From contig JAFRWU010000044.1 of assembly GCA_017441705.1 (NCBI GenBank), positions 43,042 to 107,041 on the forward strand: a DNA stretch of 64,000 nucleotides, in the 5' to 3' direction. This DNA comes from Clostridia bacterium (GTDB lineage: Bacteria > Bacillota > Clostridia > Oscillospirales > QAMX01). Below the pieces are notes generated by a model. It saw nothing but the letters and a program-made list of their open reading frames with translations, was not told the DNA's origin and searched no databases. Shown here in pieces: positions 19,238-28,951 of this stretch. The first letter of the stretch is position 1. Every line of letters starts with the position of its first letter. The translations under genes were made by a program, and so were the position numbers.

Positions 19238-21553
19238 ATGAACAAAGTACTCTGTTCCCGATGCCACAAGAATCTCGCCGTGATCTTCGTAACAAAAATC
19301 GAAAACGGCGTTACTTCCCAGGAGGGCCTCTGCCTGAAATGCGCCAAAGAGATGGGGCTCAAGCCCGTGCAGGATATCATCTCCCGTATGGGCATCAGCG
19401 ACGAGGATCTGGAAAACATCAACAACGATATGCTGGAATCTCTGGGCGACAGCGAATCGCTGACCGATCTGATCAAATCCGGCAGCGAGGAAAACAACGC
19501 CGAGGACGGCACCCGCAATACCGCCACCTTCCCCTTCCTCGATAAGCTCTTCGGCGCTCAGAACGGCGATTATCCCGCGTCTTCCCCTTCCGCGCCGAAG
19601 CGCGACGCTCCCCAGGGCGATCCCGGCAAACCGCGCCAGCAGTCGGCTCCCCGCAAGAAATTCCTGGAGCAGTTCTGCAGCAATCTCAACCAGAAGGCTC
19701 TGGACGGCAAGATCGACAACATCGTCGGCCGTGAAACCGAGATCGAACGGGTGATCCAGATCCTGAATCGCCGTCAGAAATCCAATCCCTGTCTGATCGG
19801 CGAGCCCGGCGTCGGCAAAACCGCCATCGCCGAGGGGCTTGCCGTGCGCATCGCGAAGGGCGACGTGCCGCTCAAGCTGAAGCCCAAGGAGGTCTGGCTG
19901 CTCGATATGACCGCCGTCGTCGCCGGCACCCAGTTCCGCGGCCAGTTTGAAAGCCGGATGAAAGGTCTGATCGAAGAGATCCGGCGGCTGGGCAATATCA
20001 TCCTCGTCGTGGACGAGGTCCACAATCTGGTCGGCGCGGGTGATTCCGAAGGCAGCATGAACGCCGCCAACATCCTGAAGCCCGCCCTTGCCAAGGGAGA
20101 AGTGCAGGTCATCGGCGCCACGACCTTTACCGAATACCGCAAATACATTGAAAAGGACGCCGCGCTCGAACGCCGTTTCCAGCCGGTCACGGTGGCTGAA
20201 CCGTCAATCGGTGAAACGGTGGAGATCCTGAAGGGGATCCGCAAATATTATGAGGAATACCATCAGGTCGTCATCTCCGACGAGATCTGCCGCGCCGCGG
20301 TCAGCATGTCTGAGCGGTATATCACCGACCGGTATCTGCCGGACAAAGCCATCGACCTCATCGACGAGGCCTCTTCCGCGGTCAATCTCAAAAACGCCGC
20401 GCTCCCCGAGATCGATTCCATCGACCGGGAGCTGAAGCGCATCGTCTCCCGGCGCGAGGAGCTGACGCAGAATCCCGACGAGGATCATTACGAGGAGCTC
20501 GCCGAGCTGAAAAGCCGCGAGCTGCGTCTGGAAGACAAAAAGGCGGAGCTCTCCTCCGCCCGTCCCCCGGTCACCGAGAGCGACCTCGCACACGTGATCG
20601 AGCTCTGGACCAAGATCCCCGCCTCCAAAGTCCAGAAAGCCGAATCCCAGCAGATCATCGGCCTGGAATCCCGCCTGAAATCCCATATCATCGGCCAGGA
20701 CGAGGCCGTGGAAGCGGTCGCCGCCTCCATCCGCCGCAGCCGCGCCGGGATCTCCTACAAGCGCAAGCCCGTTTCCTTCATCTTTGCCGGACCCACCGGC
20801 GTCGGCAAAACCGAACTGGTCAAGCAGCTTGCCATGGATCTTTTCGACACGCCGGAGGCTCTGATCCGTCTGGATATGTCGGAATTCATGGAAAAGCACT
20901 CGGTGTCCCGGATCATCGGCTCTCCCCCGGGCTACGTCGGTTACGACGAGGCGGGCCAGCTGACCGAAAAGATCCGCCGCAAGCCGTATTCGGTGGTGCT
21001 CTTCGACGAGATCGAAAAGGCGCATCCCGACGTTCTGAACATCCTTCTGCAGATCCTTGACGACGGCCGTCTGACCGACGCGCAGGGACGCGTGGTCAGC
21101 TTCGAGAACTCGATCCTGATCATGACCACCAACGCGGGAAGCTCCACCAGCGCCTCCCTCGGTTTCGGCCGCACGGTTTCCGAGCAGAACAAGGAAAAGA
21201 CCATGCGCGCTCTGCAGGATTTCCTCCGTCCCGAATTCATCAACCGCGTGGACGATATCATCACCTTCCGCAGTCTGGATGAGAACGATTTCAAGGGGAT
21301 CACCTCGCTGATGCTCCGCGAGCTCGCCTCGGTCCTCGCTGAGCGGGGGATCACGCTCACCTGGGACGAAAAGCTTGTGGATTATCTCTCCTCCAAGGGG
21401 TATTCGATCAAATTCGGCGCGCGCAATCTGCGCCGCCTGATCCAGAAGGAGATCGAAGACAAGGCCGCTCTCCTGATCATCGAAAACACCGACGATCCGA
21501 TCACCTCTCTGGAACTCACCTCCGACGGGAATGAGGTCGTCATCCGGCGTTGA
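19238..21553 (+). CDS. clpE: Clp/Hsp100 AAA+ unfoldase with N-terminal zinc ribbon (ClpE-like)
   Basis: [12 protein letters not shown]...[11 protein letters not shown] zinc ribbon in place of a Clp_N domain. Two AAA modules: [13 protein letters not shown] / ILVVDEVH and [12 protein letters not shown] / [14 protein letters not shown] loop ([15 protein letters not shown]) at the position of the ClpP-docking tripeptide. The start is ATG 19238 or the track start 19175. Confidence 0.8.
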   Translation: MNKVLCSRCHKNLAVIFVTKIENGVTSQEGLCLKCAKEMGLKPVQDIISRMGISDEDLENINNDMLESLGDSESLTDLIKSGSEENNAEDGTRNTATFPFLDKLFGAQNGDYPASSPSAPKRDAPQGDPGKPRQQSAPRKKFLEQFCSNLNQKALDGKIDNIVGRETEIERVIQILNRRQKSNPCLIGEPGVGKTAIAEGLAVRIAKGDVPLKLKPKEVWLLDMTAVVAGTQFRGQFESRMKGLIEEIRRLGNIILVVDEVHNLVGAGDSEGSMNAANILKPALAKGEVQVIGATTFTEYRKYIEKDAALERRFQPVTVAEPSIGETVEILKGIRKYYEEYHQVVISDEICRAAVSMSERYITDRYLPDKAIDLIDEASSAVNLKNAALPEIDSIDRELKRIVSRREELTQNPDEDHYEELAELKSRELRLEDKKAELSSARPPVTESDLAHVIELWTKIPASKVQKAESQQIIGLESRLKSHIIGQDEAVEAVAASIRRSRAGISYKRKPVSFIFAGPTGVGKTELVKQLAMDLFDTPEALIRLDMSEFMEKHSVSRIIGSPPGYVGYDEAGQLTEKIRRKPYSVVLFDEIEKAHPDVLNILLQILDDGRLTDAQGRVVSFENSILIMTTNAGSSTSASLGFGRTVSEQNKEKTMRALQDFLRPEFINRVDDIITFRSLDENDFKGITSLMLRELASVLAERGITLTWDEKLVDYLSSKGYSIKFGARNLRRLIQKEIEDKAALLIIENTDDPITSLELTSDGNEVVIRR

Positions 21554-21596
21554 CAACGGCTTTTGCCGATCAATTCATACAAAAGGAGAAAGTAGT

Positions 21597-22235
21597 ATGC
21601 AGGACATGAATAACGTAACGATCTTCACACATCCTCTGATCCAGCACAAGATTTCCACTCTCAGATGCGTTGAAACCGGATCCAAGCTCTTCCGCGAGCT
21701 GGTGGAGGAAATCGCCATGCTGATGAGCTACGAGGTATTCCGTGATCTGCCCACAGAGGAACTGGAGATCGAGACTCCCATCTGCAAGACCGTCGCTCCC
21801 TTTATCAAAGGCAAAAAGATGGCCATCGTACCCATCCTGCGCGCGGGGCTCGGCATGGTCAACGGCATCCAGGCTCTGATCCCCTCCGCGAAGGTCGGTC
21901 ATATCGGTCTCTACCGCGATCCCGAGACCCATGAGCCTCACGAATACTACTGCAAGCTTCCCGACAGCATCGATCAGCGCGAGGTCTACGTGCTCGATCC
22001 GATGCTTGCCACCGGCGGAAGCGCCGAAGCCGCCATCTCCTTCATCAAGGAACGCGGGTGCACCAACATCAAATTCCTCTGCATCATCGCGGCTCCCACC
22101 GGCATCGAGCGTCTGCACAGCGCGCATCCCGACGTCCATATCTACTGCGGCCACGTGGACGAGGGCCTGAACGAGCATTGCTACATCGTGCCCGGTCTCG
22201 GCGACGCCGGCGACCGCATCTTCGGCACCAAATAA
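21597..22235 (+). CDS. upp: uracil phosphoribosyltransferase
   Basis: [15 protein letters not shown]-terminus, PRPP loop [12 protein letters not shown]-terminal [20 protein letters not shown] 21597 follows AAAGGAGAA. Confidence 0.93.
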   Translation: MQDMNNVTIFTHPLIQHKISTLRCVETGSKLFRELVEEIAMLMSYEVFRDLPTEELEIETPICKTVAPFIKGKKMAIVPILRAGLGMVNGIQALIPSAKVGHIGLYRDPETHEPHEYYCKLPDSIDQREVYVLDPMLATGGSAEAAISFIKERGCTNIKFLCIIAAPTGIERLHSAHPDVHIYCGHVDEGLNEHCYIVPGLGDAGDRIFGTK

Positions 22236-22250
22236 ACAGCGAACCAGAAA

Positions 22251-22282
22251 AGCCTCCGGAGTCTTTGCTCCGGGGGCTTTTT
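22251..22282. terminator. bidirectional intrinsic terminator between convergent upp and the MFS gene
   Basis: 11-bp stem AGCCTCCGGAG / CTCCGGGGGCT (one G-U pair) with a 6-nt loop. AAAA upstream and TTTTT downstream. Confidence 0.75.
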
Positions 22283-22295
22283 GCACGTTCGGCGC

Positions 22296-23522
22296 TCAGC
22301 TTTGCGCCTTATCCCGCGCCGTTTTGGGGAAAAGAAGCATGCCGAAAAACATCACGGCCGGGAATACCGCCGCGCAGAGGATCCCGGCCTTCAGGCCGAA
22401 TTGATCGGCGCTCATACCGAATCGTTCCGCAAGGCCGGAAGAAAGCGCAAGATCGGAGATCCTGCCGGCAAGTGCCGGTCCCGCGCTGCATCCCACGTCC
22501 CCCGCCACGGCCAGGATCCCGAACATGGCGGTCCCGCCCGCCAGGCGCGCGCTGGAAAGATCCAGCATGCCGGGCCACATGGCGCTGACCGTGAAGCCCG
22601 TGAGCGCCACGGCCGCAAGAGAAAGGAACGGCACCGGGACGAATACCGCCGTCAGATAACAGACGAAGGTCCCGAGGCTCAGAAGCAAAAGGCATTTTCT
22701 CATATCGATCCGTTCGCCCCGCATGCCGAACCAGGTGCGCCCGATCGCCATAAAGAAGGCGAAAAGGCACGGGCCGAGCACGTCGCCGAGGGTTTTGTCC
22801 ACGCCGAGTCCTGCTTCCGCGAACATGGACGCCCACTGGCTGATCACCATCTCCGAGGAACCGGCGGCGATCATCATCAGGATCGCCAGATAAAAGACCT
22901 TATGGCTGAACAGTCTTTTCATTTCGCCGAAATCGGTCTTGTTTTCCGGCTCCCGGATCGGGACCCTGAGAAAGCTGAAAAAGTTCAAAAGCGGAACTCC
23001 TGCCCAGACGATCGGGATCCAGTACCAGTGACCGTATCCGAAGAAACGGATCACAAGGGTCGTCAGAAGCACCACCAGCATCTGTCCCCAGGAATAGAAG
23101 GCGTGAAGGAGGATCATGGCTCCGCCGCTTTTCGCCTCCGCAGGGACGTTATCCACCACGGGACTGACGATCACTTCGATCAGACCGCTTCCCACGGCGT
23201 AAAGCACGGTCGCGGCGATCAGAGCCGGATACGGCGGGAAAAACTGCGGAAGAAGACCGAGAGAAACCAGACCGGCGAAAGACACCGCATGCGCGGCGAG
23301 AAGCGACGGCCGGTATCCGAGCTTATCCACAAAAAGGGTCGCAAACAGATCCACCAGGATCTGCGAAAAGAAATTGACGGCGGTCAGCCCCGCGATCTCA
23401 CTGAAGGTCAGGCCGTATTCTTCGCGGAAAAACACGAAAAACAGCGGCGCCAGATTGACGATGATCGCCTGGGTGACGTATCCCCGGTAGCAGGCGTGGA
23501 GAGTTTTCCTGAAAGGATGCAT
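22296..23522 (-). CDS. MFS transporter
   Basis: About 12 hydrophobic segments and an MFS motif-A-like FVDKLGYRP. ATG 23522 has an AAAGG RBS. The track start is 23540. Confidence 0.8.
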   Translation of the reverse strand: MHPFRKTLHACYRGYVTQAIIVNLAPLFFVFFREEYGLTFSEIAGLTAVNFFSQILVDLFATLFVDKLGYRPSLLAAHAVSFAGLVSLGLLPQFFPPYPALIAATVLYAVGSGLIEVIVSPVVDNVPAEAKSGGAMILLHAFYSWGQMLVVLLTTLVIRFFGYGHWYWIPIVWAGVPLLNFFSFLRVPIREPENKTDFGEMKRLFSHKVFYLAILMMIAAGSSEMVISQWASMFAEAGLGVDKTLGDVLGPCLFAFFMAIGRTWFGMRGERIDMRKCLLLLSLGTFVCYLTAVFVPVPFLSLAAVALTGFTVSAMWPGMLDLSSARLAGGTAMFGILAVAGDVGCSAGPALAGRISDLALSSGLAERFGMSADQFGLKAGILCAAVFPAVMFFGMLLFPKTARDKAQS

Positions 23523-23553
23523 ATGAAGGTTACCTTTCATCGGGTTTTGATCG

Positions 23554-23582
23554 AAAAGCGCGCCGGGCAGAATCCGGCGCGC
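23554..23582 (-). terminator. intrinsic terminator between the cupin gene and the MFS gene
   Basis: Minus strand after the stop at 23607: 9-bp all-GC stem GCGCGCCGG / CCGGCGCGC with a 7-nt loop, then TTTTC. Confidence 0.6.
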
Positions 23583-23606
23583 CGATTCTTATGTGCAGCG
23601 CGGCGA

Positions 23607-24812
23607 TTATTTGCGCAGATACGCCGCCTCCGACGTGTTCGCCATGTGCTTGAGAAGCACGAGAGGCTGGGTACGGGAGAGGTTCTTCACCGTGACGCCT
23701 TCTTTCGCCGCGGAAGCCGTGACGAAATACTCGTCGCGGGTCAGCTGTCCGAACCGGATCAGGGTCGGCGATTCCAGATCGTGCACGCCTATCCTGCCGA
23801 AGCCTTCGACGCAGATCGTTCCGTAAGCGCCGGGATCGCGCACCGTGGCTTCTCCGCCCGGCAGGACGGTCAGGCGCTTGGCGCCGGCCACGTCGCTCTT
23901 GTAGCAGATCCATTCTTCATACCAGCCCTCTTCTTCGCTTCCCGCGACCCTGACCGGTTCCATAAAGCGGTGCGCAAAGAAGGCGGGATCCACATTCGCC
24001 TCCCAGTCGATCACGTCAAGGAGATATTCGTAATCGCCGAGCTTCTCCTTCGGCGTATTGGCCCAGAGAAGCTCTTCTCCCACCGTGTGATCGCCGAGCA
24101 GGACCGACTGGTACATGGCGTAAACGTCGCTGGCAAACTGCGGCTCGTAAGTGCAGAGGCTTCCGGGCGCGTGCAGGATCCCTGCCGGGACGTCCCAGCC
24201 GGTGTCCACACGCAGCTTGTACCCCTGTGAATACGCCAGGATCTCGTTGTCTCCCTTCGGGAAATCCTTCAGGATCTCCAGCATTTTTTCCTTCGGCGTG
24301 CCGGGAGTGACGCCGAAGAAGGTGAAGGCGTACTCGCCCGGGTAATTGTTGTACTGCGCCGGGAAGAAGTACATTTCCGGCTTGCCCGAAAGACCGACGA
24401 GGGACGCGTGCCCGTCGCGGTGATGGATATGATGCGGAAGAGGCCCGAGGTTGTCGAAAAACTTGGAATACATCGGCCAGCGATGATACTTTTCCCAGAT
24501 ATCCTCTCCGACCGCCTCGCCCTTATAAAGCTCCACCAGATCGGTCAGAAGCGCCTTTTTCCCGTCGTCGGTCACCACGAAGGAGAGTCCTTCGTTTTCC
24601 GGCGTATCCGGGCCGTTGTCGGCCGGCGTCGTGGAGGAAAACCAGCGTTCGTCGATGCCGCCTCTCTTCAGTCCGAGGGCGTAATAGTCGTTCGGATGCA
24701 GTCTGATGCGCCGTCCGGGACGGCAGAAGGAGCGGGGCACCCAGTTCGGCGCCAAACGCACGATCCCCTTTCCTTCCTCCATGGCCTGCCTGAGAATATC
24801 ATAACTCATCAT
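23607..24812 (-). CDS. cupin-fold sugar isomerase-like protein (type-I phosphomannose-isomerase-like, provisional)
   Basis: 402 aa from ATG 24812 (AAAGGAAAGG RBS). ERWF, KFFDNLGPLPHHIHH and AGILHAPG resemble the metal-binding strands of PMI-type cupins. The track ORF's 53 extra N-terminal codons are Arg-rich. Confidence 0.55.
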   Translation of the reverse strand: MMSYDILRQAMEEGKGIVRLAPNWVPRSFCRPGRRIRLHPNDYYALGLKRGGIDERWFSSTTPADNGPDTPENEGLSFVVTDDGKKALLTDLVELYKGEAVGEDIWEKYHRWPMYSKFFDNLGPLPHHIHHRDGHASLVGLSGKPEMYFFPAQYNNYPGEYAFTFFGVTPGTPKEKMLEILKDFPKGDNEILAYSQGYKLRVDTGWDVPAGILHAPGSLCTYEPQFASDVYAMYQSVLLGDHTVGEELLWANTPKEKLGDYEYLLDVIDWEANVDPAFFAHRFMEPVRVAGSEEEGWYEEWICYKSDVAGAKRLTVLPGGEATVRDPGAYGTICVEGFGRIGVHDLESPTLIRFGQLTRDEYFVTASAAKEGVTVKNLSRTQPLVLLKHMANTSEAAYLRK

Positions 24813-24842
24813 TTCGTCCGCCTTTCCTTTGTTTTCCCGTTT

Positions 24843-24872
24843 ATTGTAGCATCCTCTCCCGGCGTTTGTCAA
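24843..24872 (-). promoter_or_regulatory. sigma-A type promoter for the cupin gene
   Basis: Minus strand: TTGACA (24872-24867), 18-nt spacer ending in TGc, TACAAT (24848-24843). Confidence 0.5.
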
Positions 24873-24926
24873 TCGCCGATCCTTCTCAGGATATGCGGGC
24901 AGCCGCCGCTCGGTTCGCCCCCGGCA

Positions 24927-24965
24927 GAAAAGCGGAAGAAGCCTTTTCCCGCTTCTTCCGCTTTT
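24927..24965. terminator. bidirectional intrinsic terminator after the SIMPL gene
   Basis: Perfect 11-bp stem GCGGAAGAAGC / GCTTCTTCCGC with an 8-nt loop, flanked by AAAA and TTTT. Confidence 0.75.
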
Positions 24966-24974
24966 CCGCATGGA

Positions 24975-25640
24975 CTATTTGATTTCCCAGACGACCGTGA
25001 CGGCGTCGCTCGCCTTGATATCGTCCGGTTCGACGTCCATATCAAAGGCTCCGGCGTCAAGCTTTACAAGCTTTTCCATATCTCCCGTTTCGATCGAGCG
25101 GTTCACGGGTGAGATCTCAAGATCGATCCGGCTCCGGGAATACTCGACGGTCTGAATATCCCCAAGCGCGAGATCCGCGGCCTTCGCAAGCGCTTCAGCC
25201 TTTGCCCGGGCGTCGGCGACCGCCTTGATCAGCAATTCGTTTTTCACGGCTTCCGGGTCCTTTACGGTATAGCTGATGCGGAATTCCGGCTTCGCCGGAC
25301 AGCGGGCAAGCGCGTAAAGGATCTTTCCGAGCCTTTCACGGTCCGAATCAAATTCCACTTTCATCTCATGCCGCCAGGTATATCCCGCGAGACGGTCCTT
25401 ATAGACGCCGTGATCCCTGTAACTCTCGTACGCGGTATCGACGGAAAAACCGAGCGTTTTCAGATCGGATCCTTCAAAGCCAAAGCCGGATAGCAGTTTT
25501 CTGAGAAGCCCGGTGTCCTCGGACGATTTTTTGAGCGCTTCCCCGTATTCCGGCAGGACGCCGGTCAGTGTGATCGTGATCCTCGTCGTGTCGGGACGCA
25601 CTTTCGCGTTCCCCTTTCCCGTGATGCGCAGCGTTTTCAA
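24975..25640 (-). CDS. SIMPL/DUF541-family protein
   Basis: MKTLRITGKGNAKVRPDTTRITITL... and the alternating beta/alpha pattern match SIMPL-type proteins as I remember them. TTG start lies 5 nt after GGAAAGGAG, with a TTGA overlap on the upstream stop. Confidence 0.7.
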   Translation of the reverse strand: MKTLRITGKGNAKVRPDTTRITITLTGVLPEYGEALKKSSEDTGLLRKLLSGFGFEGSDLKTLGFSVDTAYESYRDHGVYKDRLAGYTWRHEMKVEFDSDRERLGKILYALARCPAKPEFRISYTVKDPEAVKNELLIKAVADARAKAEALAKAADLALGDIQTVEYSRSRIDLEISPVNRSIETGDMEKLVKLDAGAFDMDVEPDDIKASDAVTVVWEIK

Positions 25641-25927
25641 AGGGTGCTCCTTTCCCGGTTTTCGTATTTTCTTTTCAGCTCTTCGTTGCGTTCCCGGTTT
25701 TCTCCGTCCTCCGGATCAAAGAAATCCGTTCGGCAGGAGAAGCAGTGATACTGCGGATCGAAGGGAGAGACAAGGCAGCCGCCCAGAACGATCCTGTGAT
25801 CCCTGAGTTTCCGTTTCAGCTCCTCGTCAAACAGCGGCAGTCCGTAAAGGATCGGCGCGGTTTCCTTCCCGCCGCAAATCGGACAGTTCACCGGATCGAC
25901 CTCCTCTTTTGTCTGTGATGCAGGCAT
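25637..25927 (-). CDS. small zinc-ribbon protein, function unknown
   Basis: 96 aa. CPICGG ... CFSCRTDF forms a CxxC/CxxC pair. Acidic/basic C-terminal tail. Translationally coupled to the SIMPL gene. Confidence 0.55.
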   Translation of the reverse strand: MPASQTKEEVDPVNCPICGGKETAPILYGLPLFDEELKRKLRDHRIVLGGCLVSPFDPQYHCFSCRTDFFDPEDGENRERNEELKRKYENRERSTL

Positions 25928-25966
25928 ACCGCGCCGCCGGCCGGAAAGCGGTATTTCCGCGTCTTT

Positions 25967-26137
25967 TCAGCGCTTCATCTTCTCGGTCAGATCGTGAAGG
26001 CTTTTCTCGTACTGTTTCCTGGTCAGCGCGCCGTTCCGGAGGAAGGTCTCCAGAAGCGCTTTCTGTCTTTCATAGAGGACCCGGTTCTTTTCCTCATAGG
26101 AGAGCTTTTCCCAGGAAGAGGTTTCTGTCTGTTCCAT
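25967..26137 (-). CDS. small hypothetical protein (56 aa, below the ORF-track cutoff)
   Basis: My own translation: MEQTETSSWEKLSYEEKNRVLYERQKALLETFLRNGALTRKQYEKSLHDLTEKMKR. The ATG lies 8 nt after the upstream stop, with AAGAGGG inside the upstream gene end. Helical, protein-like composition. Confidence 0.35.
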   Translation of the reverse strand: MEQTETSSWEKLSYEEKNRVLYERQKALLETFLRNGALTRKQYEKSLHDLTEKMKR

Positions 26138-26145
26138 CGGGACCG

Positions 26146-26634
26146 TCAGCCCTCTTTCTCACAAAGCTTCGCCGCGAGTTCTTCGAAGGCCCTCTGAGCC
26201 TCCGGCGACGCGAAGGTGAATTCCTGGCATACGCCGCGGTCCTTCTTCCAGTAGAGATAGGTCCACGGGCCGGATCTGCCGGATTCGACCGATTCGCTCC
26301 GGTTATTCACAGTCCCGTCCTTCAGGCACTCAAAAAACGAGTTCCATTCCTCTTCGGTAAGAGCGACCGTGCCGACCGACACGGCGTCCTCTTCGGTCGC
26401 CGGTCCGTAGTCGCCCGGCCGTTCCCTTCTTTCGTGGAAGAAGCGGTATTCTCCGTCCTCCAGGAAAAACCGGTATCTCTGATACGTCGCGTTGAAATTG
26501 ATGTTCTCATAGGTATAGTAGAAATCCGTGACGTCTCCGATCCTGACGTCTTTTCCCACGATTCTTTCCCCTTTGCATCCCGCGAAAACCAATCCTATCA
26601 GCATGCATATCGCGAAGGGCAGCAGCTTTTTCAT
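26146..26634 (-). CDS. lipoprotein, function unknown
   Basis: MKKLLPFAICMLIGLVFAGC is a signal peptide with a lipobox (L-V-F-A-G-C). Confidence 0.65.
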   Translation of the reverse strand: MKKLLPFAICMLIGLVFAGCKGERIVGKDVRIGDVTDFYYTYENINFNATYQRYRFFLEDGEYRFFHERRERPGDYGPATEEDAVSVGTVALTEEEWNSFFECLKDGTVNNRSESVESGRSGPWTYLYWKKDRGVCQEFTFASPEAQRAFEELAAKLCEKEG

Positions 26635-26697
26635 CTTTTCTTCTCCTTCCGGCATATTGATCGGCTCTGCGCCGTCCCGCTTCGGGAAGGCGCGGTC

Positions 26698-26985
26698 CTA
26701 TCTTTCCTCGATGCGGACGCGGATCACGTCCCCGTCCTTCTTCCCGAGCGCTTTGCGGATCGATTTCAGGACGCCGATCACATAAGCCGTCGATCCGTCC
26801 CGGTTCAAAAGCCCCATATTCACGACGCTTCCGTCATAGGGGAGCCCTTCAAACTCCGCATGGACCTTCACGCGTCCTTTCCCGAACTCCCGCCGGATAT
26901 CCCACGGGAAAACCACGTACGCGCCGCCGCTTTCCGGATCCTCATGCAGGATCGCTTCGAATTCATAGCTTTTCATTTTCCTCAT
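26698..26985 (-). CDS. DUF1905-like small protein
   Basis: Last 95 codons of the 268-aa track ORF: MRKMKSYEFEAILHEDPESGGAYVVFPWDIRREFGKGRVKVHAEFEGLPYDGSVVNMG..., which fits the DUF1905 pattern. ATGA overlap with the GNAT stop. Confidence 0.65.
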   Translation of the reverse strand: MRKMKSYEFEAILHEDPESGGAYVVFPWDIRREFGKGRVKVHAEFEGLPYDGSVVNMGLLNRDGSTAYVIGVLKSIRKALGKKDGDVIRVRIEER

Positions 26986-27539
26986 CCGGGCCGGCCGGTT
27001 TTCACCGGACCGTCGAGCCATTCCTCTTTGGTGATGCGGTTGGCATGACCTTTTCGCTTTTCGCCCATCTGCGGGACGTCCACCTCGTCGTTCGATCCCT
27101 GGTAGCGGAAGCCGATCTTTTCCTGTGCTCTTTTTGATTTTTCGTTCCCGTCGTAGTATCCGCACCATACCCGCGCCAGCCGAAGGTCGCAAAAAGCGTG
27201 ACGCAGCATTTCCTTCGCCGCCTCCGGTATCAGACCGCGGCCCCAGTACGGAACGCCTATCCAGAAGCCGAGCTCCGCCTCGTCTTCGCCTTTGGCAAGA
27301 TCGCTGTGAAAATGAAGCCCGATGCTGCCGACCGGCAGGCCGGTTTCCCTGAGCACGACGGCGTAGGTTTCCGGCGCGGACAGTACGTCGCGGATCACGC
27401 GCCGGCTCGTTTCCACGCTGTCGTGAACCGGCCAGCCCGCCGCCGGTCCGACGCGCGGGTCGGAGGCGTAACGGAAGCATTCTTCGGCGTCGCTTTCCCG
27501 CCACGGCCGCAGGATCAGCCTTTCGGTCTCCATGATCAT
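26982..27539 (-). CDS. GNAT family N-acetyltransferase (RimJ/RimL-like)
   Basis: METERLILRPWRESDAEECFRYASDP... and GFWIGVPYWGRGLIPEAAKEML are typical of this subfamily. Start at ATG 27539. Confidence 0.85.
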   Translation of the reverse strand: MIMETERLILRPWRESDAEECFRYASDPRVGPAAGWPVHDSVETSRRVIRDVLSAPETYAVVLRETGLPVGSIGLHFHSDLAKGEDEAELGFWIGVPYWGRGLIPEAAKEMLRHAFCDLRLARVWCGYYDGNEKSKRAQEKIGFRYQGSNDEVDVPQMGEKRKGHANRITKEEWLDGPVKTGRPG

Positions 27540-27585
27540 AAAAGGTCCCCCTTTTTCATTCATCACTCTCCGGAACGGCGCGCCG

Positions 27586-28917
27586 TCACACCGGCGCGTA
27601 CCGCACGAAGGCCGCGGTGTTTCCCGCAAGCCGGATCACGCCGTCCTTCGCCTCCGCCGGTTCATAGGTCCTTTCCTCGTCTACGACCAATACTTCTTCC
27701 CTCATGCCGGGAATGCCTATCCGGAAATCCGCCGGCTCCGGCGGCGCTTCGTTATAGAGCCCATCGTCGTTGAAATACGAAATCAGGAGCCCGATCTCTC
27801 CCCTGTCGTTTTTCGCGGCAGTCAGATACAGGTCCGGGCAGTCGCTTTCCGCACGGATCGCGGTCCCCAGCTTTTTCAGCTCGTTCCAGGAAACGAGCGC
27901 ATAGTAGCCGGGCTTCTTTGCGGGCTTTCGCGCATCTGCGGCGTTTTCGGTCATATTGACTCCGAACACGCCGTTCCAGGTGATCGTCATGAGATAAACC
28001 ATCTGCACGTCGTAATAAAGCGCCTTCGAAACCGGAGAGGCCTGCGCCTCCGACATGACCGCCGCCATAAAGGCGCACTCGAAGGCTTTGTCGTGAAGCC
28101 GGTAGCTCTTCAGAACGCCCTCCTGAAAACTGACGATATAATTCCATTCGTCGTAGATGCTTTCCACGTCGCCGAAACCGTACTTTTTCAGGATCGCGTC
28201 GGCTCTTTCCGCCAGCTCCCGTACCCTGCGGGGATCGTGCAGGTATCCGTGCCAGGAATAGAAATCCAAAGGCAGGTTCTCATCCCGCACCATTTGAAGG
28301 AACCTCTCCTGCAGGTCGCCGTCCGGGGTGACGAACGCGCATCCGCCCAGCTTGACGTCCGGGTGTCTGCGCTTGATCTCCGGCGCCGCTTCCCGGTAAA
28401 ACGTGAGGAATTCCTCCGCGGTCCCCGTCCAGCACTGCGGGATCTCCGGCTCGTTCCAGAACTCCCAGTATTCGATCCCCATATGGAATCCGTCCGCCCA
28501 TCCTTCGTTGTAATGGGCGATGATATGGGAGCAGATCCTTCCCCATTTGGCATAATCCAAAGGCGGCTTCACGTAAAGCTTGATCGGCTGATGCTCGATG
28601 GTGGTCCCCAGCCGGTAAAAGGGCTTTGCGCCGGAGGCGAGGATCCCCTTCATGTACTCGTCGGTAAAGGTGAAGTTGTAGCTTTCGGGATCGTTTTCAT
28701 CCCGCATGAAATCGCGGAAAATACAGTGAACGTCCACGAACTCCCCCATGCCGAAGGGGTATTCGATGTCGTGGGTACGGCAGAACGGGATCCCGGCGTT
28801 CCGGAATTCCTCCGTCGCGTCAAAGGTAAACTGGCCGGATACGGGGCCTCCGCCGACGCCGTGCATGTCACGGATCGGGCCGAGCGTCTCTTCCGGATAG
28901 ATCTTTACGTGATACAT
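27586..28917 (-). CDS. clan GH-A (beta/alpha)8 glycoside hydrolase, GH39-like
   Basis: YWEFWNEPE (acid/base Glu context) and overall GH39-like N-terminal layout. ATG 28917 (MYHVKIY) is 10 nt after GAGGAG. Confidence 0.7.
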   Translation of the reverse strand: MYHVKIYPEETLGPIRDMHGVGGGPVSGQFTFDATEEFRNAGIPFCRTHDIEYPFGMGEFVDVHCIFRDFMRDENDPESYNFTFTDEYMKGILASGAKPFYRLGTTIEHQPIKLYVKPPLDYAKWGRICSHIIAHYNEGWADGFHMGIEYWEFWNEPEIPQCWTGTAEEFLTFYREAAPEIKRRHPDVKLGGCAFVTPDGDLQERFLQMVRDENLPLDFYSWHGYLHDPRRVRELAERADAILKKYGFGDVESIYDEWNYIVSFQEGVLKSYRLHDKAFECAFMAAVMSEAQASPVSKALYYDVQMVYLMTITWNGVFGVNMTENAADARKPAKKPGYYALVSWNELKKLGTAIRAESDCPDLYLTAAKNDRGEIGLLISYFNDDGLYNEAPPEPADFRIGIPGMREEVLVVDEERTYEPAEAKDGVIRLAGNTAAFVRYAPV

Positions 28918-28951
28918 AGTCTGTTCGCTCCTCATTCGACGGGCCCGGGAA

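Noticed and set aside
26698-27504. 268-aa minus-strand track ORF taken at face value.
   Set aside because: Only its last 95 codons (DUF1905-like, from ATG 26985) look like protein. The upstream part is an Arg-rich alternate frame of the GNAT gene, whose own frame (26982-27539) carries the acetyltransferase motifs.
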